From positions 1-64,000 of the forward strand of contig DASRGZ010000017.1 in the NCBI GenBank assembly GCA_035650735.1: DNA of 64,000 bases, in the 5' to 3' direction. A program made the translations under genes and the position numbers. Below are positions 28,505-37,011 of this stretch, one piece after another. How positions within the stretch are numbered: position 1 is the stretch's first letter; every line of letters begins with the position of its first letter. Under the pieces are notes generated by a model that was not told the DNA's origin, ran no database searches, and was given only the letters and a program-made list of their open reading frames with translations. This stretch comes from Chthonomonadaceae bacterium. GTDB lineage: Bacteria > Armatimonadota > Chthonomonadetes > Chthonomonadales > Chthonomonadaceae.

Positions 28505-28973
28505 GGCGCAGCGTGAAGCCATCCGTGCGCACGGCGCGCAAGAGTTCCCCTATGAATGCTGCGGCGTCCTGCTGGGCGATGTCGAGAACCGAGTCAAGAT
28601 CGTTCATGAAGTACGCCCGCTCAGGAACACTTTCCAGCCGGGCGCCGAGTTTGAGGAGCCAGCGTCTCCACAGACAGATTCGAGCCGAGAGGCGCAGGAA
28701 GCGGTTGGACGCGAGCGCCGCTACTTGATCTCGCCGGAGGAGATGCTGGCGTTGATGCAGGAGGAGCGCCGCACGAAGCGCAAGGTTCTCGGTTTCTATC
28801 ACTCGCATCCAAACCATCCGGCCCGGCCAAGCAAGTATGACTGGGAATGGGCCTTCCCCTGGTATACTTATATCATTGTCTCGGTGCTAAACGGAGAACC
28901 TGCCGATATGACGGCCTGGCAACAGGACGAAGACCGCCAGGCGTTTATACCCGAAGAGATCCAGGATTTTTGA
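28488..28973 (+). CDS. JAB/MPN+ (Mov34, M67) metalloprotease, Mec-like
   Basis: ECCG and FYHSHPNHPARPSKYD. Confidence 0.92.
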   Translation: MIRLSEAQREAIRAHGAQEFPYECCGVLLGDVENRVKIVHEVRPLRNTFQPGAEFEEPASPQTDSSREAQEAVGRERRYLISPEEMLALMQEERRTKRKVLGFYHSHPNHPARPSKYDWEWAFPWYTYIIVSVLNGEPADMTAWQQDEDRQAFIPEEIQDF

Positions 28974-28996
28974 ATTTGAAATGAGGTGAGCAGAGA

Positions 28997-30502
28997 ATGG
29001 CGAAAGTGCTTATCCCGACGGCGTTGCAGCAGTACGCAGGCGGGACGGACGAATTGGAGATACCGGGCGGCACCGTCAAGGAAGTGCTCAGCCATCTGGC
29101 CGAGCGCTACCCGGACTTGAAGAAGCATCTGTTGAACGAAAAGGGTGAATTGCGCCATTTCGTCAACATCTATAAGGGCGCGGAGGATACACGCAGCTTG
29201 CAGGGCTTGCAGACGCCCGTTGGCGATAACGACGAGCTCAGCATCGTGCCCAGCATCGCTGGCGGCACGGGGACGGTGGAGCGCCCGGCAGTCGGCGTGC
29301 CGCAGCCAGGCCGTGACGGCTTTGGCGTGATTGACACGGCGCGCGAAGAGGCCGCCACGCTCAGCAACGAGGAGATCCTGCGCTACAGCCGCCACCTCAT
29401 TCTGCCGGAGGTCGGGCTAGAGGGCCAGAAGAAGCTCAAAGCCGCGAAGGTGCTCTGCATCGGCGCGGGCGGACTCGGTTCGCCGCTGGCGCTCTATCTG
29501 GCCGCCGCTGGCGTCGGGACGATTGGCCTAGTGGATTTTGACGCGGTAGACCTGACCAATTTGCAGCGCCAGATCATTCACGGCACCAACGATGTGGGGC
29601 GTCCTAAGCTGCAATCGGCGATAGAGGCCATCAAGGACATCAACCCGAATGTCGAGGTTATTGGGTTTGAGGATCGGTTTACCTCCGACAACGCGATGCA
29701 GATCGTGCGCGATTTCGACATCGTCGTTGACGGCACGGACAACTTCCCGACCCGCTACCTGACCAATGACGTGTGCGTGCTGCTCGGCAAGCCCAACGTC
29801 TACGGTTCCATCTTCCGGTTTGAGGGGCAGGCATCGGTGTTCTGGGCGGAGAAGGGGCCGTGCTATCGCTGCCTCTATCCCGAGCCGCCGCCTCCGGGAC
29901 TGGTGCCCTCGTGCGCGGAGGGCGGCGTTCTGGGCGTGCTGCCGGGCATCGTCGGCTGCATCCAGGCAAACGAGGCTATCAAGCTGATCCTGGGCATCGG
30001 CCAGCCGCTCATCGGGCGGCTGCTGCTCTTCAACGCGCTCAAGATGGAGTTCCGCCCGTTGAGGCTGCGCAAAGACCCGAACTGCCCGATCTGCGGGGAG
30101 CATCCCACCATCCACGAGCTGATCGATTACGAGCAGTTCTGCGGCATTCGCGGCGAGGAGACGGAGCCGCAGCCGGTGGAGGAGAGCGAGGAGATCACGG
30201 TTCGCGAGCTCAAGGAGCGCATGGATCGCGGCGAAGCCCTGACCATTATTGACGTGCGCGAGCCGCACGAATACGCCATCGCGCGCATTCCCGGCACCAG
30301 ACTCATCCCGCTGGGCCAGGTCGCCGAGCGGGCGGTCGAACTCGACCCGAACGCCGAGATTATCCTGCACTGCCGCTCCGGCAAGCGCAGCGCGGATGCT
30401 CTCAATCAGCTCAAGGCCCGCGGGTTCAAGCGTCTGAAGAACCTCAAGGGTGGCATTCTGGCCTGGAGCGAAGAGATCGATCCTACCGTTCCGAAGTACT
30501 GA
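28997..30502 (+). CDS. moeZ: ThiS/MoaD(CysO)-like Ubl + MoeB E1 + rhodanese fusion
   Basis: Ubl domain ending VPSIAGG (aa 89-90), RYSRH, GAGGLG, NLQRQ, CYRC and PSCAEGGV. Rhodanese IDVREP..HCRSGKRS. Confidence 0.93.
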   Translation: MAKVLIPTALQQYAGGTDELEIPGGTVKEVLSHLAERYPDLKKHLLNEKGELRHFVNIYKGAEDTRSLQGLQTPVGDNDELSIVPSIAGGTGTVERPAVGVPQPGRDGFGVIDTAREEAATLSNEEILRYSRHLILPEVGLEGQKKLKAAKVLCIGAGGLGSPLALYLAAAGVGTIGLVDFDAVDLTNLQRQIIHGTNDVGRPKLQSAIEAIKDINPNVEVIGFEDRFTSDNAMQIVRDFDIVVDGTDNFPTRYLTNDVCVLLGKPNVYGSIFRFEGQASVFWAEKGPCYRCLYPEPPPPGLVPSCAEGGVLGVLPGIVGCIQANEAIKLILGIGQPLIGRLLLFNALKMEFRPLRLRKDPNCPICGEHPTIHELIDYEQFCGIRGEETEPQPVEESEEITVRELKERMDRGEALTIIDVREPHEYAIARIPGTRLIPLGQVAERAVELDPNAEIILHCRSGKRSADALNQLKARGFKRLKNLKGGILAWSEEIDPTVPKY

Positions 30503-30516
30503 GACCCGACCCTGAC

Positions 30517-30796
30517 GCGGCAGGCTGAACCCTGCCGCTCGGGGGCGCGCTGCGCCCGTCGCCCACCTGCGTGGGCGAGACTCTCTGCCTGCATAGGCAG
30601 CAGGGCTGCCTTTAGAAAGGGATCATGACTGTCCTGGTGTTTCACCGGGTATTCTGCCCGCGTAGGCGGGCAGAGAGCCTCGCTAGGCGGAGATCGCCAG
30701 GCAGAGCCGCGAACCGTTGAGCGGTGTCCCTGGCAGTCGAGCGTGCGCAGTTCCGACCCTAGCAGAGCTCCACAGCGGCAGGGTTTAGCCTGCCGC
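30517..30796. repeat. Family-B REPIN-like element, copy 1 (280 bp)
   Basis: Palindromic inverted ends GCGGCAGGCTGAACCCTGCCGC / GCGGCAGGGTTTAGCCTGCCGC. Arms nearly identical to 38782-39062. Confidence 0.9.
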
Positions 30797-30816
30797 TAGG
30801 GGCGTAGAGGACGGCG

Positions 30817-31560
30817 ATGCGTGTTGCCTATTTCGACTGTTTCAGCGGTATCAGCGGAGATATGGCGCTGGGGGCGCTGCTGCACGCGGGAGTGGATGAG
30901 GCGGCGTGGCGGGCCGAACTGGCCAAGCTCAACGTGCCCGGCTATGAACTGCGCGTCGAGCCGGTCGTCAAAGAGGGCATCTCCGCGATAGATGTGGACG
31001 TCGTGCTGCACGAGGCTGACCAGGGGCACGGGCGCCATCTTGCCGACATCGCCGAGATACTGAACCGAAGCGGCCTCTCGGATACCGTGCGCCGGCGCGC
31101 GCTGGGAGTGTTCACGCGGCTGGCCTGTGCTGAAGCCAAAATCCACGCCACCACGCCCGACTGTATCCACTTCCACGAGGTCGGCGCGGTGGATGCGATA
31201 GTGGATATCGTCGGCGCGTGCCTCGGACTGGAGCTGCTGGGCGTCGAGAAGGTCTACGTCTCGCCGCTGCCCCTCAATCGCGGCTGGGTGGAGTGCACGC
31301 ACGGCACCATGCCGGTGCCCGCTCCGGCCACGCTGGAACTGTTGGTCGGTTTCCCCTTCCGTCCTGACGACCGCCCGAAAGAGCTGATCACGCCGACCGG
31401 CGCAGCGCTGCTGGCCGAATATGCGGAGCGCACGCCGCAGGGCGCTATTGCCCCGGTTCCTCCCCTGGTCCTGCGCGCCATCGGCTACGGCGCGGGCAAG
31501 CGCGACACCTGGATTCCCAATCTCCTGCGCCTCCTCGTCGGCGAGACCTACGCCGATTAA
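30817..31560 (+). CDS. larC: Nickel insertase LarC, N-terminal part only
   Basis: YFDCFSGISGDMALGAL, IHFHEVGAVDAIVDI, HGTMPVPAPAT, ELITPTGAA and GYGAG. Stops at 247 aa. Confidence 0.9.
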   Translation: MRVAYFDCFSGISGDMALGALLHAGVDEAAWRAELAKLNVPGYELRVEPVVKEGISAIDVDVVLHEADQGHGRHLADIAEILNRSGLSDTVRRRALGVFTRLACAEAKIHATTPDCIHFHEVGAVDAIVDIVGACLGLELLGVEKVYVSPLPLNRGWVECTHGTMPVPAPATLELLVGFPFRPDDRPKELITPTGAALLAEYAERTPQGAIAPVPPLVLRAIGYGAGKRDTWIPNLLRLLVGETYAD

Positions 31561-31576
31561 ATCCCAAAACCATTTA

Positions 31577-31669
31577 GACAGGATTAACGGGATTAACCGG
31601 ATTTCAAGAATACAGACAAGCCCTGTTTCTCTGTCCTTGTCTAATCCCGTAAATCCTGTTAATCCTGTC
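31577..31669. repeat. Inverted pair of 9-mer tandem repeats (ACAGGATTA / AATCCTGTT)
   Basis: Three units on each side, visible directly in the sequence. Confidence 0.85.
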
Positions 31670-31700
31670 CAAAAAATTAAAAGCCAGCAGGAGGTTGAGG

Positions 31701-32666
31701 ATGGCCCTCTATCTGACCGAGAAGGACGTAACGCAACTGCTGACCATGCCGGAGGCAGTGCGCGCCCTGGAAGCGATATTCCGGCGCGCGGCCAACGGCG
31801 AGGCCATCAACCAGCCGCGCCGCCGCCTCTTTATGCCGCAGGGCACCTATCACACGATGGTCGCGGCAGACCTCGGCCTGCGGACCTTCGGCATCAAGAC
31901 CTATGCCTCCTTTCCCCCACAGACCCGCTTCCTCTTCCTGCTCTATGACGCGCAAAACGGCGATCTGCTGTCCCTGATGGAGGCGGATAAGCTCGGACAG
32001 GTACGCACGGGCGCGGCCTCCGGCGTGGCGACGCGATATCTGGCAAAGCCGGACGGCCCCCTGCGCCTCGGCATCTATGGCACGGGCTGGCAGGCGCAGA
32101 GCCAGTTAGAGGCCGTCGCTGCCGTGCGGGAGGTATCCGGCATCGTCGTCTACAGCCGCAACGAGGCGCACCGCGCCGCCTTCTGCCAGGAGATGACCGA
32201 CCGCCTGGGCCTGCCGGTGACGCCGGTTAGCCACCCCGAAGCGGCTGCCGAAGGGCAGGATGTCGTCATCACGGCGACGTCCGCGCGGGAGCCGGTGCTG
32301 CGCGGGGAATGGCTCTCGCCCGGCGCGCACGTCAACGCTATCGGCAGCAATCAACTGACCCGGCGCGAGGTAGACGAGGAGACGATCCGGCGCAGCGCGG
32401 TGGTGGTCGTGGACTCGGTGGAGCAGGCGAAGGGCGAATCGGGGGATCTGCTCGTCCCCTACGAGCGGCGGCTGTTTCGCTGGGAGCAAGCGGTCGAATT
32501 GGCCGATGTCGTCACCGGTCGCCATCCCGGACGCACGGACGGCCAGCAGATCACGCTCTTCAAGTCCAACGGCATTGCCCTGGAAGATGTGGCTGTGGCG
32601 ACGCTCGTCTATGAAAAGGCGCGCGCCGCCAATGTGGGCGTGGAAATTCCGATGTGGGTAGGCTAA
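31701..32666 (+). CDS. Ornithine cyclodeaminase/mu-crystallin family protein
   Basis: RTGAASGVAT, GTGWQA, HVNAIGS and LFKSNGIALEDVA. Confidence 0.93.
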   Translation: MALYLTEKDVTQLLTMPEAVRALEAIFRRAANGEAINQPRRRLFMPQGTYHTMVAADLGLRTFGIKTYASFPPQTRFLFLLYDAQNGDLLSLMEADKLGQVRTGAASGVATRYLAKPDGPLRLGIYGTGWQAQSQLEAVAAVREVSGIVVYSRNEAHRAAFCQEMTDRLGLPVTPVSHPEAAAEGQDVVITATSAREPVLRGEWLSPGAHVNAIGSNQLTRREVDEETIRRSAVVVVDSVEQAKGESGDLLVPYERRLFRWEQAVELADVVTGRHPGRTDGQQITLFKSNGIALEDVAVATLVYEKARAANVGVEIPMWVG

Positions 32667-32692
32667 TGGGCGAGTTTGCCTCTGCCCTGATC

Positions 32693-35176
32693 TTACGGGT
32701 TTGTCGGACGCTGAAGATTGGAGCGGATCAGGCCGCGCTCGATGGCGGCGCGCGCCGCCTCCGTGCGGTTGGAGACGCCGAGCTTGGAGAAGATATTGGA
32801 GAGGTGGTACTCGACGGTCTTGGAGGTAATGAACAGTTGAGCCGCAATATCCTTGTTGCGCGCTCCCTGCGCCAGCAGTTGCAGCACCTCCAGCTCGCGC
32901 TCGTTGAGATCTGCCGCTTCTGCCGGTCGGGCGGCCTGTCCGGAAGCCAGCGCGGAAAGGCGAGCCGTCACGGCGGGAGAGAGCAGCGACTCGCCTCGAT
33001 GGGCCGCGCGTACCGCCGCCACGATATTGGCCGGCTCGGCGTCCTTGAGCAGATAGCCTCGCGCGCCCGCCCGCAGCGCCTCTCGCAGCGCCTCATCCGT
33101 CTGGAAGGTCGTCAGGATCACGACGGGCAGATCCGGCTGCTCGGCTTGAATGCGCCGCAGACCTTCCAATCCATCCACGCCCGGCATCTGCAGATCCATC
33201 AGCACCACATCGGGACGCAGGGCGCGCGCCTGGGCTGCCGCCTGCGCCCCGTCCGCCGCCTCGCCAACCACCGCGATCTCGCCGCTGGCCTCCAGCATCG
33301 CCCGCACGCCCTGTCGCGTTACCGCATGGTCGTCGGCAATCAGCACGCGCAGGCGGTGGTCGTCTACTTCCGTGCTGTGCTGCGTACGGATATCTGGGAG
33401 CGCCGCGCGAGGCGGCGTCAGGGCTGTTCCTACAGGGCTTCCGGCGGGTTCTAGCAAGGCGCGGTCGGCGGGACGCGCCGCCAGCGGGGAAGCGGGATGA
33501 TAGGGAAGGCGTGCCTGCACCCGCGTGCCCCAGCCGGGCGTACTCTCGATCCGCAGCTCGCCGCCGACCAACCGGGCGCGCTCGTTCATGCCGAACAGCC
33601 CATAGCCGCCCTCAGGGCCGGGCACGCTACGCGAATCCACGTCGAAGCCCACGCCATCGTCTTCCACGACCAGCGTCACGTCCTCCGCCCCATACTGAAG
33701 TCCGACGCGCACGCGCCGCGCCTGGGCGTGCTTGCGGGCGTTGGTCAGGGCTTCCTGCGCGATGCGCAGCAGAGCCAGTTGCTGCTCCGGGGTGAGCGGC
33801 TGCTCTTCGCCCATCAGCACGAACTGGGCCGTGATGCCGGCTTGCGCTTCGAGTTGAGCGACCTCCTCGGCGATAGCGTCGGCGGGGGAGCGGCTCTCCA
33901 GCGAGGCCGGAGAAAGTCCCTGCACGGCCCGGCGCGTATCTTCCAGCGCCTTTTTGGCCTGCGCGCGCGCGCCGGCCAGAATCTCCTGGGCCGTGACGGC
34001 GTCCTGGTGTTCCAGCCGCTCCTCCGCCGTCTGGATCTGAAGCACCAGGCCGGCCAGGGCTTGCGCCACCGTATCGTGCATCTCGCGCGCCAGCCGGTTG
34101 CGCTCCTCCATCACGGCGACCTCGCGCTGCTGCGCGAGCAGTTGGGTGAGCGCGATGGCCAGCGTTGCCTGGTCGGCAAAGCTTTGAAAAATGGCGAGCT
34201 CGGCGGGGGTGAACTGGCGCTCGTCCTGAGGATAGACCACCAGCGCGCCGCGCATGGCTTCGCCGTAGCGCAGGAGGGCGATCAGAATGGAGGTGATGCC
34301 TTCGCGCCGGAACCATTCGCGCATCCCCGGGCTGAAGCGCGTATCTTCCTGCACGTTGCGGGTATGCAGGGGCACGCCGCTGGCCTGGGCGCGATTGACG
34401 ATGGGACTGCGCGGCGCCAGACGCGCGGCGAAATGGGCGTATTCCGAAGAGACGTGGCGCAGGGCTATGGGGATCGCTTGGCCGTTGGCATCCTGCAGGA
34501 AGACGGCGACGCGCTCCTCACGCAGACGCTGGCTGACGATCTCGGCGATCTGCTCGGCGATGTCCGCTAAGGGGGCGCCTGTCAGGATGGCGTTGGCGAT
34601 GGTGCGGGTGGACTGGCGCAGGCGCAGCTCATCCTGATAGGCGGCGGCGACCCGCTGCAGCTCGACCGACAGGGCCGCCCGGGCCGCAATCTCCTGCGCC
34701 CGCGCCTGCCAGGCTGCCGAGCGCGCGGCCACACCCGGCGCCATCTGGCCGATCAGCACGGCCAGCGCGCGCTCACCCAGCGAGAGCGGCACGACCACGA
34801 TCTCCCCGGCCAGATGCGCGGCAAAGCGGGGGGGAAGACTGTCGGCGCTCGGCAGGACCAGGATCTCGCGCGTGCGCAGCGCGCGATCCGCCGCCGGAAG
34901 CGCGGAGAGGGGCAAGCGCAGCTCCCGGATCGTCTCGTCGGTGAAGCCGGCAGTCCCGACACCGCGCAGCAGCCCCTCCTTGGGCGCGTAGGAGAGGGCG
35001 ATAAGGCGGGTGCACTCCAGCCCCGACGCCATCTCCTCGATGGAGCGCTGCACGATCTCGGCGATGGCCTCGGGGCGCATCGCCACGCCGACGACTTCCG
35101 GGAGGACGAAACGGGGGAGGGGCGCATTGGTAACGGTTTTGCCTGCGGCGTTGGGTCGTTCCTCCGTAGGCATCAT
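32693..35176 (-). CDS. Hybrid GAF-GAF-HisKA_3-HATPase-REC-LuxR HTH protein
   Basis: ERNRLAREMHDTVAQ, QEALTNARKHA, DDGVGF, GYGLFGM, VLIADDH, DVVLMDLQMP and ERELEVLQLLAQG..TVEYHLSNI, all in one ORF. Confidence 0.93.
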   Translation of the reverse strand: MMPTEERPNAAGKTVTNAPLPRFVLPEVVGVAMRPEAIAEIVQRSIEEMASGLECTRLIALSYAPKEGLLRGVGTAGFTDETIRELRLPLSALPAADRALRTREILVLPSADSLPPRFAAHLAGEIVVVPLSLGERALAVLIGQMAPGVAARSAAWQARAQEIAARAALSVELQRVAAAYQDELRLRQSTRTIANAILTGAPLADIAEQIAEIVSQRLREERVAVFLQDANGQAIPIALRHVSSEYAHFAARLAPRSPIVNRAQASGVPLHTRNVQEDTRFSPGMREWFRREGITSILIALLRYGEAMRGALVVYPQDERQFTPAELAIFQSFADQATLAIALTQLLAQQREVAVMEERNRLAREMHDTVAQALAGLVLQIQTAEERLEHQDAVTAQEILAGARAQAKKALEDTRRAVQGLSPASLESRSPADAIAEEVAQLEAQAGITAQFVLMGEEQPLTPEQQLALLRIAQEALTNARKHAQARRVRVGLQYGAEDVTLVVEDDGVGFDVDSRSVPGPEGGYGLFGMNERARLVGGELRIESTPGWGTRVQARLPYHPASPLAARPADRALLEPAGSPVGTALTPPRAALPDIRTQHSTEVDDHRLRVLIADDHAVTRQGVRAMLEASGEIAVVGEAADGAQAAAQARALRPDVVLMDLQMPGVDGLEGLRRIQAEQPDLPVVILTTFQTDEALREALRAGARGYLLKDAEPANIVAAVRAAHRGESLLSPAVTARLSALASGQAARPAEAADLNERELEVLQLLAQGARNKDIAAQLFITSKTVEYHLSNIFSKLGVSNRTEAARAAIERGLIRSNLQRPTNP

Positions 35177-35255
35177 ATCTGCCCCTTTCATCAGGCGACA
35201 ACGTCTAGATTAACCGTGGGGAACGGGCGTACTTCCCTGTTCCCCGTGGTTTCTT

Positions 35256-35337
35256 GGTAATCCCTCCCAACGGTGTTGACGTATCTCCTCAGCAGCAGGC
35301 TGCGTGAGATTGATCCACACGGCTGGGAGTGTCTACC
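35256..35337 (-). mobile_element. 82-bp MITE family 1, copy C
   Basis: TSD GGTTTCTT at 35248-35255 and 35338-35345. Confidence 0.9.
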
Positions 35338-35487
35338 GGTTTCTTTATTATACAACAGATTGGAGAGGGATTATGCCCAGAAAAGGTATCAATGCGCCTT
35401 TTTAAGATTGAGTAGGGCAGGATGTATATCCGCTTTCTGGACATAATCCTGTAGGGGGATTGTGGAAATAGGGCCGGACAAGAAAGC

Positions 35488-36549
35488 CTACTCCGATGCG
35501 GGCTCCAGCGGGGCGGGCGTCTCTTCCGGCACCGAAGTTTCTGAGGGCGCCCTCAGGTTGAGCGACGTTTCCGCGTGGTCCGAGGAGGCGCCGTTGCCGG
35601 TGCCGGTGGGCAGGCGCTTGCGGCCGCCACCGCCGCCCCCGCGACCGCTCCGCAGCGATTCGGCCAGAGCGCGCACCTTCTCGCGGGAGGCTTCATACGC
35701 TTCCTGGTAGAAACGACGCAATTGCGACGTTGTAACGGTCTCGCCCGTCTCATAGTAAAGCTGGGCGGCCTTGCCAACCGTGATGGTTCCGGCATAGGCG
35801 ATCATGGCGCGGGGGATAAAGCCGACAAAGGGGATGGCGCCGACCAACTCGCGCGCCACCGCCCGCCAGCCAAAGGCGTTGGCTAGAATCGGGGCCAGCT
35901 CCTTCAGGCGGCTCTTGTAGTCCACCGACAGGCCATAGGCCGCCGCCAGCCGCAGCACCATCATGATCTGGTTCTTGGTCAGGATGACGATGTCGCTCAG
36001 GCTGTTGACGGGCAGCAGCACCGCCGTGATGGGGATGGCCTCCGCAATGCCGGTGACCAGGGCGAACTGCGCGTTGGTCATGGCGGTCTGCCCGACGATG
36101 CGCTGCGCTACGCGCCGCCGGAAGACGGGGAAGTTGCGCGCCAGGGAGAGCATCAGGTCCGGGCGATTTTCCAGGATGCGGTCGAGCGTGTTTTCCCAGC
36201 CGCCCAGTTCCGCGACGGAATAGATCTGGGTGCCTTCCGGCGCGCCTTTGCGTCCCGCGCCGACGTCAATGACAAAATCGAACACGCCGGGCTGGCGCGG
36301 GAAAAGCGCCTCTTCCGTCATGTTGTCGAAGCCCTGGACGAACGGCGAATCCGGCAGGGCGCGCGCCTTCTCCTCCGTGGACTGGCCCGGCTCGCCCGTC
36401 CCAAACAGCAGTTGGATCGCCTCCTGACGCCGCTCCGAAGGCCCAACAATCGCCACGCTGAGGGGCCGGTTGGCCTCTTTGGCTATCTCGGCCACCGAGA
36501 CGCTCTTAAGGGTTTTCCAGAAGCCCGTAGCTCCTCCCACTTTCGCCAT
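35488..36549 (-). CDS. DUF697/YcjF-like hypothetical protein
   Basis: SDIVILTKNQIMMVLRLAAAYG, FGWRAVAREL and IAYAGT. Confidence 0.7.
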   Translation of the reverse strand: MAKVGGATGFWKTLKSVSVAEIAKEANRPLSVAIVGPSERRQEAIQLLFGTGEPGQSTEEKARALPDSPFVQGFDNMTEEALFPRQPGVFDFVIDVGAGRKGAPEGTQIYSVAELGGWENTLDRILENRPDLMLSLARNFPVFRRRVAQRIVGQTAMTNAQFALVTGIAEAIPITAVLLPVNSLSDIVILTKNQIMMVLRLAAAYGLSVDYKSRLKELAPILANAFGWRAVARELVGAIPFVGFIPRAMIAYAGTITVGKAAQLYYETGETVTTSQLRRFYQEAYEASREKVRALAESLRSGRGGGGGGRKRLPTGTGNGASSDHAETSLNLRAPSETSVPEETPAPLEPASE

Positions 36550-36753
36550 TCCTGGTGTCTCCTCCACATTGAAACCGGAAGCCGCACATATCTATCCGCC
36601 GCCTGTCCTACTATTCCGAATAGTCGCTAACTGTTTCCTGCTTTCCCAAACATGAAGAGGACTCTTCGGTTCGCGCGCCGGTTCCCAAAATTGCCTGTTT
36701 CTCTTCTACCCTAGACGTAAAGAGGGTTCTGAGAGTTCCGAATGACGGCACGC

Positions 36754-36782
36754 TTGGCGTTTCGCCTGTATTGCGGTATAAT
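36754..36782 (+). promoter_or_regulatory. Sigma70-type promoter
   Basis: TTGGCG-17 bp-TATAAT. Confidence 0.65.
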
Positions 36783-36822
36783 GAAAGGTCAAATACCCTG
36801 CCTGTTCTGTCGCATTTCGGGC

Positions 36823-36997
36823 ACCTAACCCCCCGTCCCCCTTCCCTCGCAGGGAAGGGGGTGATCCAGCTTTTTCTCTCCCCTCTCCCGCAGCGTGGGA
36901 GAGGGGCCGGGGGTGAGGGCCGCAACCATCTCAAGTCGTGTCCCTCCCTTCCCTTTCAGGGAAGGGGGGTTAGGTCAAGAAGGGCCGGGGTAAGGTC
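36823..36997. repeat. Family-A palindromic repeats
   Basis: CCCTTCCCTCGCAGGGAAGGGG and CCCTCTCCCGCAGCGTGGGAGAGGG. Confidence 0.85.
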
Positions 36998-37011
36998 ATA
37001 AAGGAATCGCG

